In this document: positions 40,762-55,067 of the stretch, one piece after another | Layout of the letters: every line of letters begins with the position of its first letter | How positions within the stretch are numbered: position 1 is the first letter of the stretch | DNA from: Felis catus | Taxonomy: Eukaryota | Assembly (NCBI RefSeq): GCF_018350175.1 | Contig: NC_058368.1 | Coordinates: forward strand, 10,106,001 to 10,170,000 | Direction: 5' to 3' | DNA length: 64,000 nucleotides | Notes under the pieces: model-generated | Seen by the model: the letters and a program-made list of their open reading frames with translations, nothing else | Database searches by the model: none | What the model was told of the DNA's origin: nothing | Program-made: the position numbers and the translations under genes

Positions 40762-41924
40762 TAGATCCCGATTTGTGTCAGGTTGATGGACTCACCTTCG
40801 TCTGTTCACCTGTGTTCTATTATTCGGAGTCCCAAAGCAACAGAAAGCAGTCATCAGAGAAGGTTTAGAAAAGGGCACTCAGGTAGAACCTGTTGCGTGC
40901 ACAGTGCTCCTCCAAGCACCAGACAGGCTTTCCCCCCTTCGGACCGTATCCAGACCTCCTATAGGAAAACTAAGGAAAGAGACACATGGATCCTTCATAA
41001 AGTCACTGCGGGTCAGGGCAATAGAGCCAGTGTGTAGGTTAACAGAATCGTGCTACTCAAAAACATGGAGCAGGCATTGCATTCATTACCTGGTATGTAG
41101 TAGGCAATGACGATTCAGTAAGTGGATGAATGAAGAATCGTTAGCACTTGATCATCCATTGGAAGCTGGAAGGCCATGACCCACTCACCCTTCCCTTCAC
41201 TCCTCCACTCACTGCTTCCTAAGTGGCCTTTCAGCGTCTCCCATTTCCACCTGAATTGTGCGGGGTGGGAATTTCTGTCCGTCGGCTGCCTCTTTAAACT
41301 CATTGGTGGGTGAGTGAGAGCGGGATCGGGAAAGCCTCGTTACCGTCCATTGCATCCCGGGTGGGTGGGAAACCAGCATGGAGACGCTTCACCGGCCTGT
41401 GTTTACTCTGTGAATTGTTTCCAATAAAGAGGATCCTGGCACCTTACAAGTTCACGTTGCTGAGAAGTCACAGGGATCGTGGGCAAGACCACGGCTGAGG
41501 AGTCAGGCAGAAACGGGCTCTGACCTCCGCTCTTTGCTCTACCCCTTCTTATCTCTGCTACCTTCGGCAGGTGACAAGCTGTGGCTCAGCTTTATGGTCG
41601 GCAAAGTAGGAATAATGATTCCTGCCTCAGGTGGTGGTTCTGATGACAGAAGAAAACACTAGTACGGTGACCAGCATGGAGAAGTAACTCAAAATTTTTC
41701 ATTCATTCCCGCCCCCCCAGGGTAATCTCTGATAGACTTTCACAAACTACAGGGCTGTAAGACTCCTCAGTGGCTATCCCACTGAGTTACATTATGTCCC
41801 CTAACTGGGAGATTTATCATCTGACGGTAATGATCATGCCAGCTTCCCAGACAGTAACAGTTGTCTGAGGAAGAAACATTTGGGATAAGAGCCAAAAAAC
41901 AAATGGGTACTAATGGAGTCTAGG

Positions 41925-43370
41925 TCAATGGTCTTCAAATTCGCATATTTTTAAAGTTCACGGGAAAGTTTTCATCGTAAATTAAAATAATTGCAGAAGA
42001 TAAAATGTATAGCCCATCCTAGACATTGACATTTTAAGATAAAACTATTAAGTCATTAAAAAATATAGCCAATGAGTAATCTAAACACCTTAGCAAATTG
42101 ATACTTTCTATGATCTTTTTAAAAAATACACCAGACAGTAGACAATTTATTTCATTCCTTTTGCTTCTTGAACTTTTATTCCTCTCCACTTCCTCCGTAG
42201 AATTTTACCCTGCTATCATATATTTTGTGTTTGAAAGCAATTTATTGATCGCCCCATTATGCTTCTTTGAAACTATTTTAGTATATTAATTGAAATTAAT
42301 TTTTAAACATATTATGTGACCCTAAGTACTGAGTTATAACAATTATTTTTAGTACACGATGGCTCAAAGCAATAAATACTTTACCGGTGTTAATAGTCAC
42401 TAAACACAAGAAGGAAATTTTTTGGAATTGTATCTTAACGAGATAAACGTGACTGTTCTGTTTGCAATTAGTTTATGTATCCTGTTTGAAGTGTTACTAT
42501 TTTGGGAGTGAGACTGCACTCAGCGTCCATTTTTTTTTTTTTCTGCTTCTTTTTTCAATTTATAGATGCTAATGTTAACCAGTCTTGTTCACATGAATAA
42601 GTAGCCATGAACGAAAGGAGTTGGGTGTGGCGCTGCCATTCAAGACTTTGAACCCTCTCTGAGTTAAGTGCCAGAAATGACAAGGTGATTTTTGTTAACG
42701 ATTGAGCAGCTGACAACCTGGCTGGGAACTCCTTGGAGTTTATTGAAAGCAAATGATTAGATGATACGTCTTCCAGTTACTGAGTTTTTCCCCATCTCAT
42801 TTTCTAAGTATCCCGAAAGTCTATGTCTTAACAAATGGCTATTAAATCACATCAGTTACTCTTTCACATGGAAGGAACTTGTTTAATATTTTTTCCAGTT
42901 CTATTGAGGAATAATTAAGACACATCACTGTATAAATTGAACCCGTGCGGCACACCACGGGGGATGGCTTGGCTTCCATACGTTGTGAAATGATCACCAC
43001 AATAGATTCAGCTAACATCCATCTTCTCCTATAGATACAAATCAAACATCCACTATGCATTTAATGAAGGAGAAAGTTCTATATGCTGAAAATTAATTGG
43101 TCTGGCCAGCCAGCCTATATTTCCGTGTATCGTTAAATATTTTACAATGTAGAATGAGATGAGGACTGGCTGGACTGGATTAAATATTTCATTGCATGTT
43201 TGGCTTAAAAAAAAAAAAACAAGACTTGAGTACCTTATTGAATGATGGAAATCCGAAGGAAAACGTGACAACATTTTTATGTGCCAGAGTTACCCAGCGC
43301 ATCCTTAAAAATGTGGTAGTCTCAGAAAAGATTCCAGTTGTGTTTAAAAGAATCAGCATCACCACCCTGT
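41925..43370 (-). mobile_element. Degraded hAT (Charlie-type) transposon with transposase C-terminal remnant
   Basis: Minus-strand peptide LLSFMATYSCEQ (ORF 42555-42752) resembles the hAT dimerisation motif LLPFxTTYLCExGFS; cartggtcttcaaa-like end near 41926. Interrupted by an L1-like piece at about 42880-43050. Boundaries approximate. Confidence 0.55.
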
Positions 43371-43402
43371 CCTGCTTCCCCTGCTCAGAGATGCTTTTCT
43401 TT

Positions 43403-43646
43403 TTTTTTTTATTTAAAAAAAAATTTTTTTTTTCAACGTTTATTTATTTTTGGGACAGAGAGAGACAGAGAGAGACAGAGCATGAATGGGGGAGGGGCAG
43501 AGAGAGAGGGAGACACAGAATCGGAAACAGGCTCCAGGCTCTGAGCCATCAGCCCAGAGCCCGACGCGGGGCTCGAACTCACGGACCGCGAGATCGTGAC
43601 CTGGCTGAAGTCGGAGGCTTAACCGACTGTGCCACCCAGGCGCCCC
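43403..43646 (-). mobile_element. Young Can-SINE (SINEC_Fc type)
   Basis: TSD TCAGAGATGCTTTTCTTT starting at 43385 and 43647. Confidence 0.96.
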
Positions 43647-44608
43647 TCAGAGATGCTTTTCTTTCTAGCTAATGACATGTCTTCGGGATTTTTTTTTTAA
43701 AGACCTGAAAAAAAAAAATGTTTAAACAGGTGGGGAGAAGAACCATTCAAAGCATTCTATATTCTCTGCTCTCTCCTCAGAGGCTTCTCCCCAAAGAGGG
43801 ACGGACGTTTTGTAATTATTAGGAAATGAGAAGCTAGACACTGCTCTTAGCCAAAGCAGGGCACAATGTACCTAAAACCAGAACCCCCCCCCCCGCCAGA
43901 GCATTTGCCCTGGTTAGAGCACCCCCAACCTCCACCCCTTCAGAAATCCTCGTGAGCCCAAGGTAAGGGCATGGAACTTGGATTACAAGGTGGCTTCCTT
44001 GGAACCACACCCCTCTCACTGTTGGAGGCTTAGACCCAGAGGCATATCGAACCTTCCTAAGATCCTGCCATGACCTAGGGGAGAGAGAAAGGTGTGGGAC
44101 AGGAGCACTTGGGTAGCGACGCGGGTTTGCTTTCAGGCAGAGACACGTTAAGGAAGATTACACTGGGAGATGGAGATCTGAAAATCAACTCCTTTCAAGC
44201 CGATCGTGCTGTGTTGCCTTTGGAAAGTCGTCATGTGCCTTTGATTACCTCGTTAGGACCACAGTCCTACCTGAGCCCACACGTCTGAATAACAAGTAAA
44301 CTGGCTCATCATCCAAATGTATCCCACTTCCCAGATGTTTGGTTTCTTATAGATAGTACCTGAATCTAACCCAGTCTTCTTTTTTTAAAAAGCCAATATG
44401 AGACATTTTAGACGTACACAAAAGAACATACAACGAATCCCCAGCCAGTATCTAGCTACAATAATCAATACCCAGACAATGCCTTCCACCCAGCCTTCCC
44501 ACTGGATAATGTTGAAGCAAATTCCAGGCATTCTATCATTTTAATTCTAAGTAGTATTCTTATGTATCTCCAAAAGATAAGGACTCTTTAAAAGTATGCT
44601 ACGATATA

Positions 44609-44767
44609 GGGGCGCCGGGGTGGGTGAGTCGGTTAACCATCTGACTTTGGCTCAGGTTATGATCTCATGGTCCGTGAGTTCGAGCCCCGCGTTGGGCTCT
44701 GTGCTGACAGCTCGGAGCCTGGAGTCTGCTTCAGATTCTGTGTCTCCCTCTCTCTCTGCCCCTCCCC

Positions 44768-44807
<40 letters not shown>

Positions 44808-44840
44808 AATAAAATAAAACATTAAAAAATAATAATAAAA
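44609..44840 (+). mobile_element. Can-SINE
   Basis: Full length with (CT)n and A tail; TATGCTACRATA on both flanks. Confidence 0.92.
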
Positions 44841-45699
44841 TCATATGCTACAATACCATTGTGTTGGCTAAAAAATAATTCCTTAATATCAAATGGCCAA
44901 TCAGCAATCAAATTTCCCCCTGATGTCTCACAATTAAAAAAAAATAACAAGTTGGTTAGAAATTAAATTCAAGTATGTTCTACACATTGCACTTGGTTAT
45001 TATGTTTTTTGCCTCGTTTAATCTATAGGTTCCTTTCTTTTTTTTTTCTGAGAATTTCATTTTTTTTTTTCCTGAGAATTCTGGATTTTCCTGATTTCAT
45101 CTCCACTGTGTTATTTAAAATATTCCTCTTTTCATGCATTTCCTATAATCTAATATACCAAAGACTTCATCTAATTCAAGCTGGGTATTTCGGCAAAAAT
45201 ATTTAATAGGTGTTGTGTAGGTCCATCTAGGGAACATGATAGCTGGTGGACCCTCTTCTTGAACTGTGAGTACAAATGCTGATCGTTGCCTGGATGCTTG
45301 GTTTCATTACAGCCTTGCAGACCAGTGATGTCCCGTTCTTACCTACCTTCCTTTTATTAACCAGAAGGAATACATGCATAGAGAGAAACATTTCTTCAAC
45401 AAGTATTTGATTACATTGAAGTACTCTTTATACAGGAGAGGACCTACCTCTTTAAGAAATATTTTTAATTAAAAAAAATCAATGAATTTCAGATTGTTGT
45501 TCTTTTAAATTCCATTTTAGGCCTCCAGTACTTTTGTGAAGAGCCGTCCTAAGATATGGGATTGTTTCCTTTCAAGGGAATCTGGAAATTAAATTCTTTC
45601 TGGCATCAAGTCTTCCTTGAGCCAATCTTTAAAAAAAAAAAAAAAATGTAATAAGGAAAATTATTTGACCTGTGCGTTGCTGTGTGATTTGGCATTTAA

Positions 45700-45906
<207 letters not shown>

Positions 45907-46092
45907 TGATATCTACATATCTGTTGAATTTAATGCTGTATCAGTACTCCGTAAGAACAAGAGTTTGAATATTTCCAAAGATCCTCATCTACAGTTATGG
46001 TCCTTCTTATACTATTTTTTCCCCCACCTTCTCTCATTTCTAACTCCTTCTCCCTTATCTCTCCAAGTTTTCAAAACATTTTTTAAAATTTA

Positions 46093-46324
46093 GGGATGTG
46101 TGGGTGGCTTAGTTGGTTGAGCATCTGACTTTAGCTCAGGTCATGATCTTACGGTTCATGAGTTTGAGCCCCGCGTCAGGCTCTGTGCTGACAGCTCAGA
46201 GCCTGGAGCCTGCTTCAGACTCTGTGTCTTCCTCCCTCTCTGCCTCTCTACTGCTTGCACTCTGTTTCTTTCTGTCTCTCAAAGATGAATAAACCTTGAA
46301 AAAAATTGTTTTAATTAAAAAAAA
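46093..46324 (+). mobile_element. Can-SINE (older)
   Basis: Diverged head, CT tract and A tail. Confidence 0.88.
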
Positions 46325-46388
46325 TTTTTTTTTTAATTGAAATGAAATTCACAGGGCATAACATTAACTTTTTAAAAATGAACAATTC

Positions 46389-46596
46389 GGGGCGCCTGGG
46401 TGGCGCAGTCGGTTAAGCCTCCGACTTCAGCCAGGTCACGATCTCGCAGTCCGTGAGTTCGAGCCCCGCGTGGGGCTCTGGGCTGATGGCTCGGAGCCTG
46501 GAGCCTGTTTCCGACACTGTGTCTCCCTCTCTCTCTGCCCCTCCCCCGTTCATGCTCTGTCTCTCTCTGTCCCAAAAATAAATAAACGTTGAAAAA
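46389..46596 (+). mobile_element. Young Can-SINE (SINEC_Fc type)
   Basis: 15-bp TSD AAAAATGAACAATTC at 46374-46388 and 46597-46611. Confidence 0.97.
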
Positions 46597-46721
46597 AAAA
46601 ATGAACAATTCATTGACAATTAATACATTCAAAATGTTCTGCAACTACCACCTTTATCTTATTCCAAAACATTTTCATCGTCTCAAAAGGAAACCCCCTA
46701 CCCTTTAAGAAATTAATTCCT

Positions 46722-46864
46722 GGGGCGCCTGGGTGGCTAGGTCGGTTAAGCGTCTGGTTCTTGATTTCGGGTCAGGTCCTGATCTTACAGTTCGTGAGAT
46801 CAAGCCCTGTTATCAGACTCTGCGCTGGCAGTCTGGAGCCTGCTTGGGATTCTCTCTGCCCCCC

Positions 46865-46905
<41 letters not shown>

Positions 46906-46965
46906 CCTCTCCCGCTTGTGTTCTTTCTCTCTCTTAAAATACATAAACATTAAAAACAAATAAAA
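46722..46965 (+). mobile_element. Can-SINE
   Basis: Head, long (CT)n and A-rich tail. Confidence 0.9.
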
Positions 46966-48939
46966 TTACTTCCTGTTTCCCTCTTCCCTAGCCTCTGGTA
47001 AGTAACAATCTACTTTCTATCTCTGTGGATGACGTATTCTGGATACTTTTTATTGGGAATCAGAGAACATGTGACCTTTCACATCTGGCTTCTTCATTTC
47101 GTGTAATGCTTTCAAGGTTCATCGGCATTGTAGCATCTATCGGTACTTCATTCCTTTTTATGGTTCCCTTTTATGGTTGAATAGTATTCTATTGTATGTG
47201 TATACCACAGTTTCTTCATTCATTTAGCCATTGCTGGACATTGGGCTGTTTCCACCTTTTGCCTATTGTCAATAGTGCTATCAACTGGCACTCGCAAACA
47301 TTTGTGTTTCGTATTATGCGTCCTCAAACTGCCAGATCTTTTGTCATTTTGTTTACTCTACCTAGAATCCCTTCTCCTGTCCACCAAGGACATTCATACA
47401 TTCACCAAGGCTCAGCTTAAAGAGAGCTATCTCTAATTCCCTTCTCCTATAGGTGGAAGTAACTGACCCTCCCTCTGTCTTCTGGGCACTGGGTACCCTT
47501 CTCCCACCATAAAAGGCAATGCTCAGTTGTAGTAAAGAGTTTCATTTATTTGGATGCCCCCCGGAATGGTACCCCCCCGGGATGTATTCATTAGGTAATA
47601 AGGTGGTGGAAAGGGTAGGATTTGATGACTGAAAGAGTATAAATGGCAAGGAAGGGGAAAGAATGAAGGATGATTTTTCTGGTTTTGAGTTGCATGGCTG
47701 AGTGGACACTCCTGCTGTTTACTGAGCAGGCATGGGTGAGGACCAGGTTGGGTGGGAAAGGGCATAGGGGAAATGTGAACTCAGTTGAAGACACGTTGGT
47801 TGAAAATATGTCCAACAGGCAGTTGAATATCTCGGTCTGGAGTTTGTGTGGAAGAGGTGAGCGATAGATGTAGACTTGGGAGTCATCAGGACATACACAC
47901 ATATCCCATTTAACACCCCATTTCCTCCTGGAACCCATTCATTATAATGAATTTACCTCTTAAATATTTGCCTTAAGATTTTAAAATTAATGTAAAGCAG
48001 TCAGTTACAATATTATACTGTGTATGTATACATATATACACACACAAAGCATTTGTTTTCTTTAGGTGTTATTGAAGGCTCCCAGCCAATGAGAGCTAGA
48101 GCGGTAGGTGGTCCTGGGCACTCGTAGCCAATGAGCTGTAGTGGGGGCGTAGCCCCTCCAGCCATCAAGGCTCTTCCAATCGACCTGAATGAGGGTGTGC
48201 TGTATTATTTACTCTGCCGAGGCCTCTCTATCTGCCATTTATTTGTTTCTGTTGAACAGTTACGACTGTGGCTCAGGACCTGAACTCGGATGAGACTGGC
48301 AAGGTGCTCCCTCTCTGCCAACAGAGAGGATCTGCCGCAAAAGCGATTGCCCTGGGAGTTAAAATACAGACTGGTGGGTTGGAACTCCTTCAAGGAAACT
48401 GTGGTGGGAAACAGGGGCCTGATGATATATTGGCAGCAATTGTGATGCCTCCGGGTGTGGGCAGTCAGGCAGAACACGGGCTGGAGGTGGGTCAGGGCTT
48501 GACTAGTGATCACGGGACCCTGCAGCCGTTTCTGTCGGCTGGCCCCTCTTGGGGGCAAGGCTTGCATGTGTATAGTGATGCGTCAGAGTGACTAGTATTA
48601 CGAGGATGAACGTGTGGAGCATAAAGATACGTCCGGCTGATGAAGCCCTGGGGAATCCCCAGGTTTGAGGTGCAGGTCAAAGAAAGAAGCCATAAATGGA
48701 GACCAAGGAGCAGCCCCAGAGGAAAGCCTGAAGGAGGTGGTATCATCAATGCCTGGGAAAGAGATACAAGAGAGATCCATCACCGTGTAAATTATCTCTG
48801 CTATCTAGGGAGTGTCCCACCGGAGGTCAAGGGTGACTGCAGTTCCCATTCAGGATATTGGAAAAAACCGGTTTACCTGGGTTTAGCAATGACTGGCAGG
48901 GCAAAGACCTCAGGCAGTGGATGGTTATATGTGCCACCT

Positions 48940-50350
48940 TTTATTCATTCATTTAAGCCACGAATATTTCCGGAGTGCCTCATATGTCAGGCACTCTTCC
49001 AGATCTGGGAAGTAGCAGTGAAGAAAATGAGAAAAAACCCCTGTCTTCATGGAGCTTACACTTTAGTAGGGGGAGACGGACAGCTGATGATAAATATAAC
49101 ACTCAGGCAAACTGTAATGCACCATAAAAGTTTAGAAAGTGATAATTCTATGGGGAAAAAATTGATCAGGGTAAGGCGGATCCTGAGTGGAGTGGTGGGG
49201 GAAGGGTTTGCAATTTTATGTGGGGGTAATTTAGGGAGGTGTCATTTAGATGGTGACATGCAAATTGAGATTTGAGGGAGGTGAGAGAAAAAGTCATGCT
49301 GAAATCTCGGGTGAGAACCTCTCACCCTTTCAAAGGCAAAGCCTTGAGGCAGGAGCGTGGCTGATGTTTCAGGAATTGCAAGGCAATCCAGGCAGCTGGA
49401 GAGAAGGAAGTGAGGACAGAAAACAAAGGGGAGGTGCGTTGGAAGGGGTTGAGGGGTAGATGTGTGTGTGTGTGGGGGGGGAGGGTTGTAAATTGTGTAG
49501 AGTCCTATAGGCCATTGCAGAGTATAACTATTACTCTGAAATAAGGAGGAGCCACTGCTGAGTTTTGAGAAGAGGGGGAGCCCTGGCCAAGAGTAGACTA
49601 TAAGAGAGTAAAGGTGGAAGCCGAGATACTGGCTAAGAGGCTACTGCAATAATCCAGGAGATAAACGATGATGGCTCAGACTAGGGTGTTATGTGTGATT
49701 GGAAGAACTGGTCTGCTTCTAAATATATTTCATAGGTAAATAAGGTTTCCTGATGCAAAGAATGTGGGGTGTGAAGCAAAGAGATGCGCCAAGAATGACT
49801 CCAGGGATTTAGATTGAAACAGTGGCAAGGATAGAGTGGCCATTAACTGAAAGGTAGAATATTCAAGACTCAGGGGGGACGCTCAGGGGTTCTGTTGTGG
49901 GAATGTGAAATTAGAAGTGTCCTAGCAAGCTTCCAACTGGAGATCGACAGAAGAAAGACGTTGGGCCGTAGGGATCTGTGTTGAGGGAGAGGGTCTAAGC
50001 CAAAGATAAATGGGAGTCATCCTATGTATTTGAAACAAATGAGACTGGATGAGATGATCAAGCTAGAAAAGAGAAGAGGTTCAAGGACTGAGTATTGGGA
50101 CATTTCACTAACAAGCGGTCAGTGGAAGAAGCAGCAAAATGGACTGAGAAGGGGCAGTCAGTTGTGAAGGAGAAAGCCCAACAGAGCGTGTTGTGCTGAA
50201 AACCAAGTGAAGAAAATGAAGGAAAAAGGACTGGTCACTGTCAAGGTCAAGGAAGTCGAGGATAGACTTGGCCGTTGGCATGCATGGAATGGAGTTCATG
50301 GGTTGCCTTGACAGGAGTAGTTGTGGTTAGAAGAATGCTTGATCAGTGTG
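48940..50350 (-). mobile_element. L2 LINE relic
   Basis: Reverse-complement L2 3' end (attcattcattt...gagtgcctcatatgtcaggcact...ccctgtcttcatggagcttaca), followed by purine-rich L2 body. Confidence 0.75.
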
Positions 50351-51851
50351 AGACAGAGGGCTTCTGGGAGAACTGGCCGAGTCCAGATCTGGGGTGGGAA
50401 ATGTGCAAGATGAGTCTGGAACTACATAGAAAGAAAGAAAAAAAAAAAGACTAGAGCTATATCAAAATTAAAGAGGTGCTCACAGGCTCAAAGGTAATTT
50501 GAGCTTCAATAAGGATAACATATGCAATAGATAGAGACACATCAAATATGCTTAAATCTGTGAGTTCTGTTAAAAAAAAATGGGGCCACTTTCAGAGGAC
50601 GATAAGAAACCAATTCATTATCTTAGAAACTGATGGAAGGAAAACGATCAAGCTCTCCCCCCCCCCCCCCCCCCCCCCCGCCGTGCCTTCCCTATATGAA
50701 CTATGCCCCTGGTAAACTAAATGATAGATGAGGGAAAATGTCTCGTTATAAACATATTCTAGCTTACACATGAAAAAGAACTGATAGACTATCACCCCCT
50801 TTCATCCATTAATCTAGGCATTGAGCATCAACAGCTGGTAACCTCACACAAAGAGAAACAACTATATGTTGTAATCCTCTTTGTCACATACCATTTGCAG
50901 TCTCGTCAGAGGGATCTATCCTCAGAGTAAGTCAGTCTCTGCCAATTGTAGGAAATACAGGGGACAGAGGAACTTGTTAAACTGCACAATGAGTATGCAT
51001 TCAACAAAATCCAGAGCGTGGGAACCTCTCCACATCAAATGGCTTGGTTTCTTCAATAGATTAGAAGGGAAAGAAGGGGATGGAGAGGGACCCTGAAGAT
51101 TAAAAGACACGTAAAAGACAAATTTGGGGACGGTCAATGTATGTAACTATTTTGGGGGGTTTCCTGCGAAGGGAAATTGGGAAATATCTAAGTAACTAGA
51201 GGGGAAGTAGAGTGAAGGGGGCGTTTTTGAGATAAGAGAAATGAAGGCAAGCTTGGACAGCCATGTCCCCAAAGAGAGGGAGAAATGGAAGTTGCAAGAG
51301 ACAAGTGAGAATTGGGGGGGGAGGGTCACGTGCCAGAGTAGGCTAAACACAGTGGTCTCCCATCACAGCGTAATGAGTGCAGATGTGGTGACGTGCCGGG
51401 CGGTGTTTGGAGGTTCTCATCAGATGGCTTCAGTTTTCTCAAGGAAATAGGAAGCAAGGTCATGAGAGTGGGTAGATGGAAAGAGGTGCTGGAGGCTTCA
51501 AGTTTCATAATCATAAAATCTCTTTGGGGGCAAAGAGGAGAGAGCGCCTGCCTTCCCCCTCTTACAGGCTGCTTCTGAGAACTCTGCATGGGAGGCAGGG
51601 TGTCTCTTGAAGCCTGAGACTGTCTGCTCCTTGGGCATTTAAAGCCAGGTCAAGAACTCACGTGGGTCTTCTCCTCTGGTCTGAGCTGGAGATTTCTGGT
51701 TGGAGGCACACTCTTTGGACTCTGCACACACTGCAGTGTGGTAAGTGGGTGTAGAGGACCCAGAAGAATATATACCCACAAACACACATAATCTTCATTC
51801 CATTAGGTGAACCTATATCAATTTTCTTGAAAATTGTGTTTGTATTAATAG

Positions 51852-52008
51852 GATTTCTTTCTCTGGACGTTGCCTCAGGGCCAATCAACAGCATCAATAA
51901 AGAGCCACCTCCCTTGGAAAATCGCTGCTACAAAGGAAGAGGTTAGGAAGGTGATAGCAAATCAGTTTATTTCTAGTACTAGAAGAGACTTTGTGGACAC
52001 AGCAAAAG
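51852..52008 (+). CDS. TEX26: TEX26 coding exon 4
   Basis: Acceptor tattaatag|GAT. Encodes DFFLWTLPQGQSTASIKSHLPWKIAATKEEVRKVIANQFISSTRRDFVDTAK. Donor AAAG|GTAAAC; 157 nt. Confidence 0.92.
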
Positions 52009-52339
52009 GTAAACATGTTCATTTTCTCTCTGGTCATATGTTGTGCCCTGGAGTTGCAGTGGGGAACAGCATAGATGCAGTCTCTTTCCTTAAGGAACTC
52101 ACAATACAGACACAGAAAGAGGCAATTTAGCAAACAAAAGGTCACATATGAAAAGGTGTATCATACGGGAAATTCTGGGTGCCGTGGGTGCACACAGTGG
52201 GACATCTAGCCTGAAGTTGGGAAGGGGAAGCCAGGAAAGGCTTTCTGGGCCTGAAAAACGAGGATGAAACAGCCCTGCAAAGATGAAGAGGTCAAGTTCA
52301 ACATGCCATTTCCAATTATTGCTATTTTGAAAAATTAAA

Positions 52340-54190
52340 ACTTTTATTAAACTAATGCATGCATACATCTAAATCAAATAGTAACCTAGTGGTTTATTAC
52401 AAAGTAATAGCAGTTCTTTGACCCTACTCCCCATTGGTGATCAATTCAATCCTTTCAGTGGTTCTTATTTGATACTTCATATTTTAAAATAATATGCATA
52501 TACCTTTATCTTTGGTTCATCAATTTTAGACCTTGTTATTGACTTCCTGTTATAGTGGTTGAGGATTTATCTCTCCTGTAACTCTTTCTCACTCCCCTTC
52601 CATCCATTCTCTCTATAATTATATTACAAATTCTTGTTTGATTCAATTGCTAATGTTTATATTGTGATACTGATATGATATATTATGATTATGTAAACAT
52701 TCATTGCTGAGCTAGGTGGTATTTTATAATTGTTTCCTTCCCTTTTTGTTTTCTTTCTTTTTTTTTTTTTTACCAGAGTTAATAATTGACTTTTTATTCA
52801 TATGCTTAGTTTTCTATGGGCCTGTCACTAATTTTTGCCAAATTCTTGATCACATACTTATCAAGACTTTTTTCCAAACAGTTTCAAACACTCTATCACT
52901 TCTGTTTTTCCCAGAGATCTTCTGCTTGACACCCTTCATCATTCTCTTCTAATCCAGACTGGTTGTTCTGTAGCTTTGCTGCCCCACCTAGCACTGCGAC
53001 TTCCTTTCTCATCATTCTAGGAATGACTTTGGCCTCTGCCTGTATTGAATCTTGTTTCCTCTTCCTCTTTCTTATCCCTTCTCCCTAGTTTTGCCAAAGG
53101 ACATCTTTCAGTACGTTCCTAAGAAGAGTGCACGGGAGGTAGTTTTTTAAGTGCGTTCTGCCCTATTTGGAAATGTTCTTGTTAATTCCTTAAACTTGTC
53201 TGATAGTTTGGCTGGATATAAAATTTTAGGTTGATAATCATTTTCCCTCAGAAAGCATTCCTCTAAATATCTTCTAGCATCCAGGATTTCTTTGTACAAG
53301 ACTGATGCCATTTTGATTCCTGACCCTCTCATATATATTTTTTTTCCTGGCAGCTCTTAAGATCTTTTCTTTATTCCTGACATTCTGAATTTCACAACTG
53401 TATGCGTTAGTGAGAATCTTTTGTCATTGATTATATTGGACAATTAGGGTCCCTAGAAGCTAGAGTCATGTCCTTCAATTCTGGACATTGTTTCCTGCAT
53501 GTCCCTTCCCACATTTCTCCCATCTCTTTTCTCTGTTCTCTTCTGGGACTCCTATTTGTTGGACTGATCCTCCAATTTTCTCATCTTTTCTCTCCTAGTA
53601 TCTTTCTCTTTGTATTTTTGTTTTGCTAACTTGAAAATTTCTTTAGTTTTTAATCTAGCTCTTCTATTGGATTTTTAATTCACTAGCTTTCTTCCTCTCT
53701 CTGATTTTTTATTTGAATAGTAAAATTAATAAGTTTTATTTACTGCAATATATAGAGCTCTGATTATTATGGTCTATTATGGTCTGATTATTATGATTAT
53801 TTTTTATTTTTTTTTTAATTTTTTTTTCAGCATTTTTTATTTATTTTTGGGACAGAAAGAGACAGAGCATGAACGGGGGAGGGGCAGAGAGAGAGGGAGA
53901 CACAGAATCGGAAACAGGCTCCAGGCTCCGAGCCATCAGCCCAGAGCCTGATGCGGGGCTCGAACTCACGGACCGCGAGATCGTGACCTGGCTGAAGTCG
54001 GACGCTTAACCGACTGTGCCACCCAGGCACCCCTATGATTATTTTTTAAAACAGCATTCTGTTCTTGTTTTATATATGCAGTAATTCTCTTATAAATTTT
54101 AGGATGTTTATGATACACTTAATTTTCAACATTTTCATCTATTCCTTGCATTGTCTCTATTTTCTGAGTGTTTTAATGGTCTAATGAAAA
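52340..54190 (-). mobile_element. Old L1 (L1ME/MC-like) fragments
   Basis: T-rich, with gatagtttggctggatataaaattttaggttgataatcattttccctcagaa, typical of antisense old-L1 sequence. Confidence 0.6.
53807..54033 (-). mobile_element. Young Can-SINE (SINEC_Fc type)
   Basis: 15-bp TSD TATGATTATTTTTTA at 53792-53806 and 54034-54048. Confidence 0.95.
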
Positions 54191-55067
54191 TTTGGTTTTC
54201 TGTTCATACTTACCAGAGGGCAGAGGCAGATTTACTATGATGCTAATAAAACTTCTTTTAATTCTTTGGATTCTTTTTTTAAGTGAGTGTAGGCAAAACA
54301 TTAATCTCTAAGGTTCACAAAACCTACAAGGGAGACACACAAATCTGATTGCAAACTACATACAGAGATGGGGCTTATTAGCAGGTACTTGATTTAGGTG
54401 GTTAGGTGATAAGCTCTCTTTCTGTTGGGAAACCCCCAAATACCCATATTTATAGGTCAGTTTCTCCAAAGAGAGAAACCCTTGGCTGTTGGCCTTCTGA
54501 GAGCAGGATTGGGGAGGAAACTGGGATCTTCCTGCTTCCCATGCAACACTTACTGAACCCTTCTTTTTCCTGTTCATCTCACTACCCCACCTTCTACTGT
54601 GCCTCGTGTCCTGGAATCTCCTGAGCTTCTCTCATTCAGTTTTACACCTAATAAATTTCTGGTTAGGAAAGGATCACCAAATGACTGCATGAGGTTAAGA
54701 AGATTGTGCAGGAACTCAACCATGCTGTATACAAGCTTTCACCCAAGCTGCTTGTTTTCAGCCTGAGCCTCAGTACCTTTCTTACCCTGTTCCTGTTACA
54801 GAAGCCTATTGGGGGTCTACAATGTGGATTAGCTCACTGATTTGTTATTCCTTTCGGCAATCACTTAGTTTTAGCTTCCTCTACTTTGCTAATTCAGTTG
54901 CCACATCTGTATTTGGTCTCCAGCTTCTAAAAATATGGTAACCTCTAATCTGCTATCATTCTGGTAAAGTCTGGGGAGGGAGGAGTCAAGTGTGATATAT
55001 GATAATTTTTATGAATCTAAATTGGATCATATTATTCCATTGCTTTCCAATGGCTTTGCATTGTATT

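Larger units (their letters stand above)
46330..47310 (-). mobile_element. L1M (L1MA/MB-like) 3' end, interrupted by two SINEs
   Basis: ttgaaatgaaattcaca...ccaaaacattttcatc...ttcaaggttcatc...tagtattctattgtatg...ggctgtttccacctt. Confidence 0.8.

Noticed and set aside
42555..42752. Possible domesticated hAT transposase
   Set aside because: Only a short degraded motif, with stops and frameshifts around it and an L1-like interruption.
48268..48591. 107-aa ORF preceded by an acceptor-like gtttctgttgaacag
   Set aside because: No recognisable homology, and TEX26 exons 3 and 4 already join in frame without it.
48640..49275. 211-aa ORF in TEX26 intron 3
   Set aside because: Its second half runs through an antisense L2 relic; no recognisable domain or splice support.
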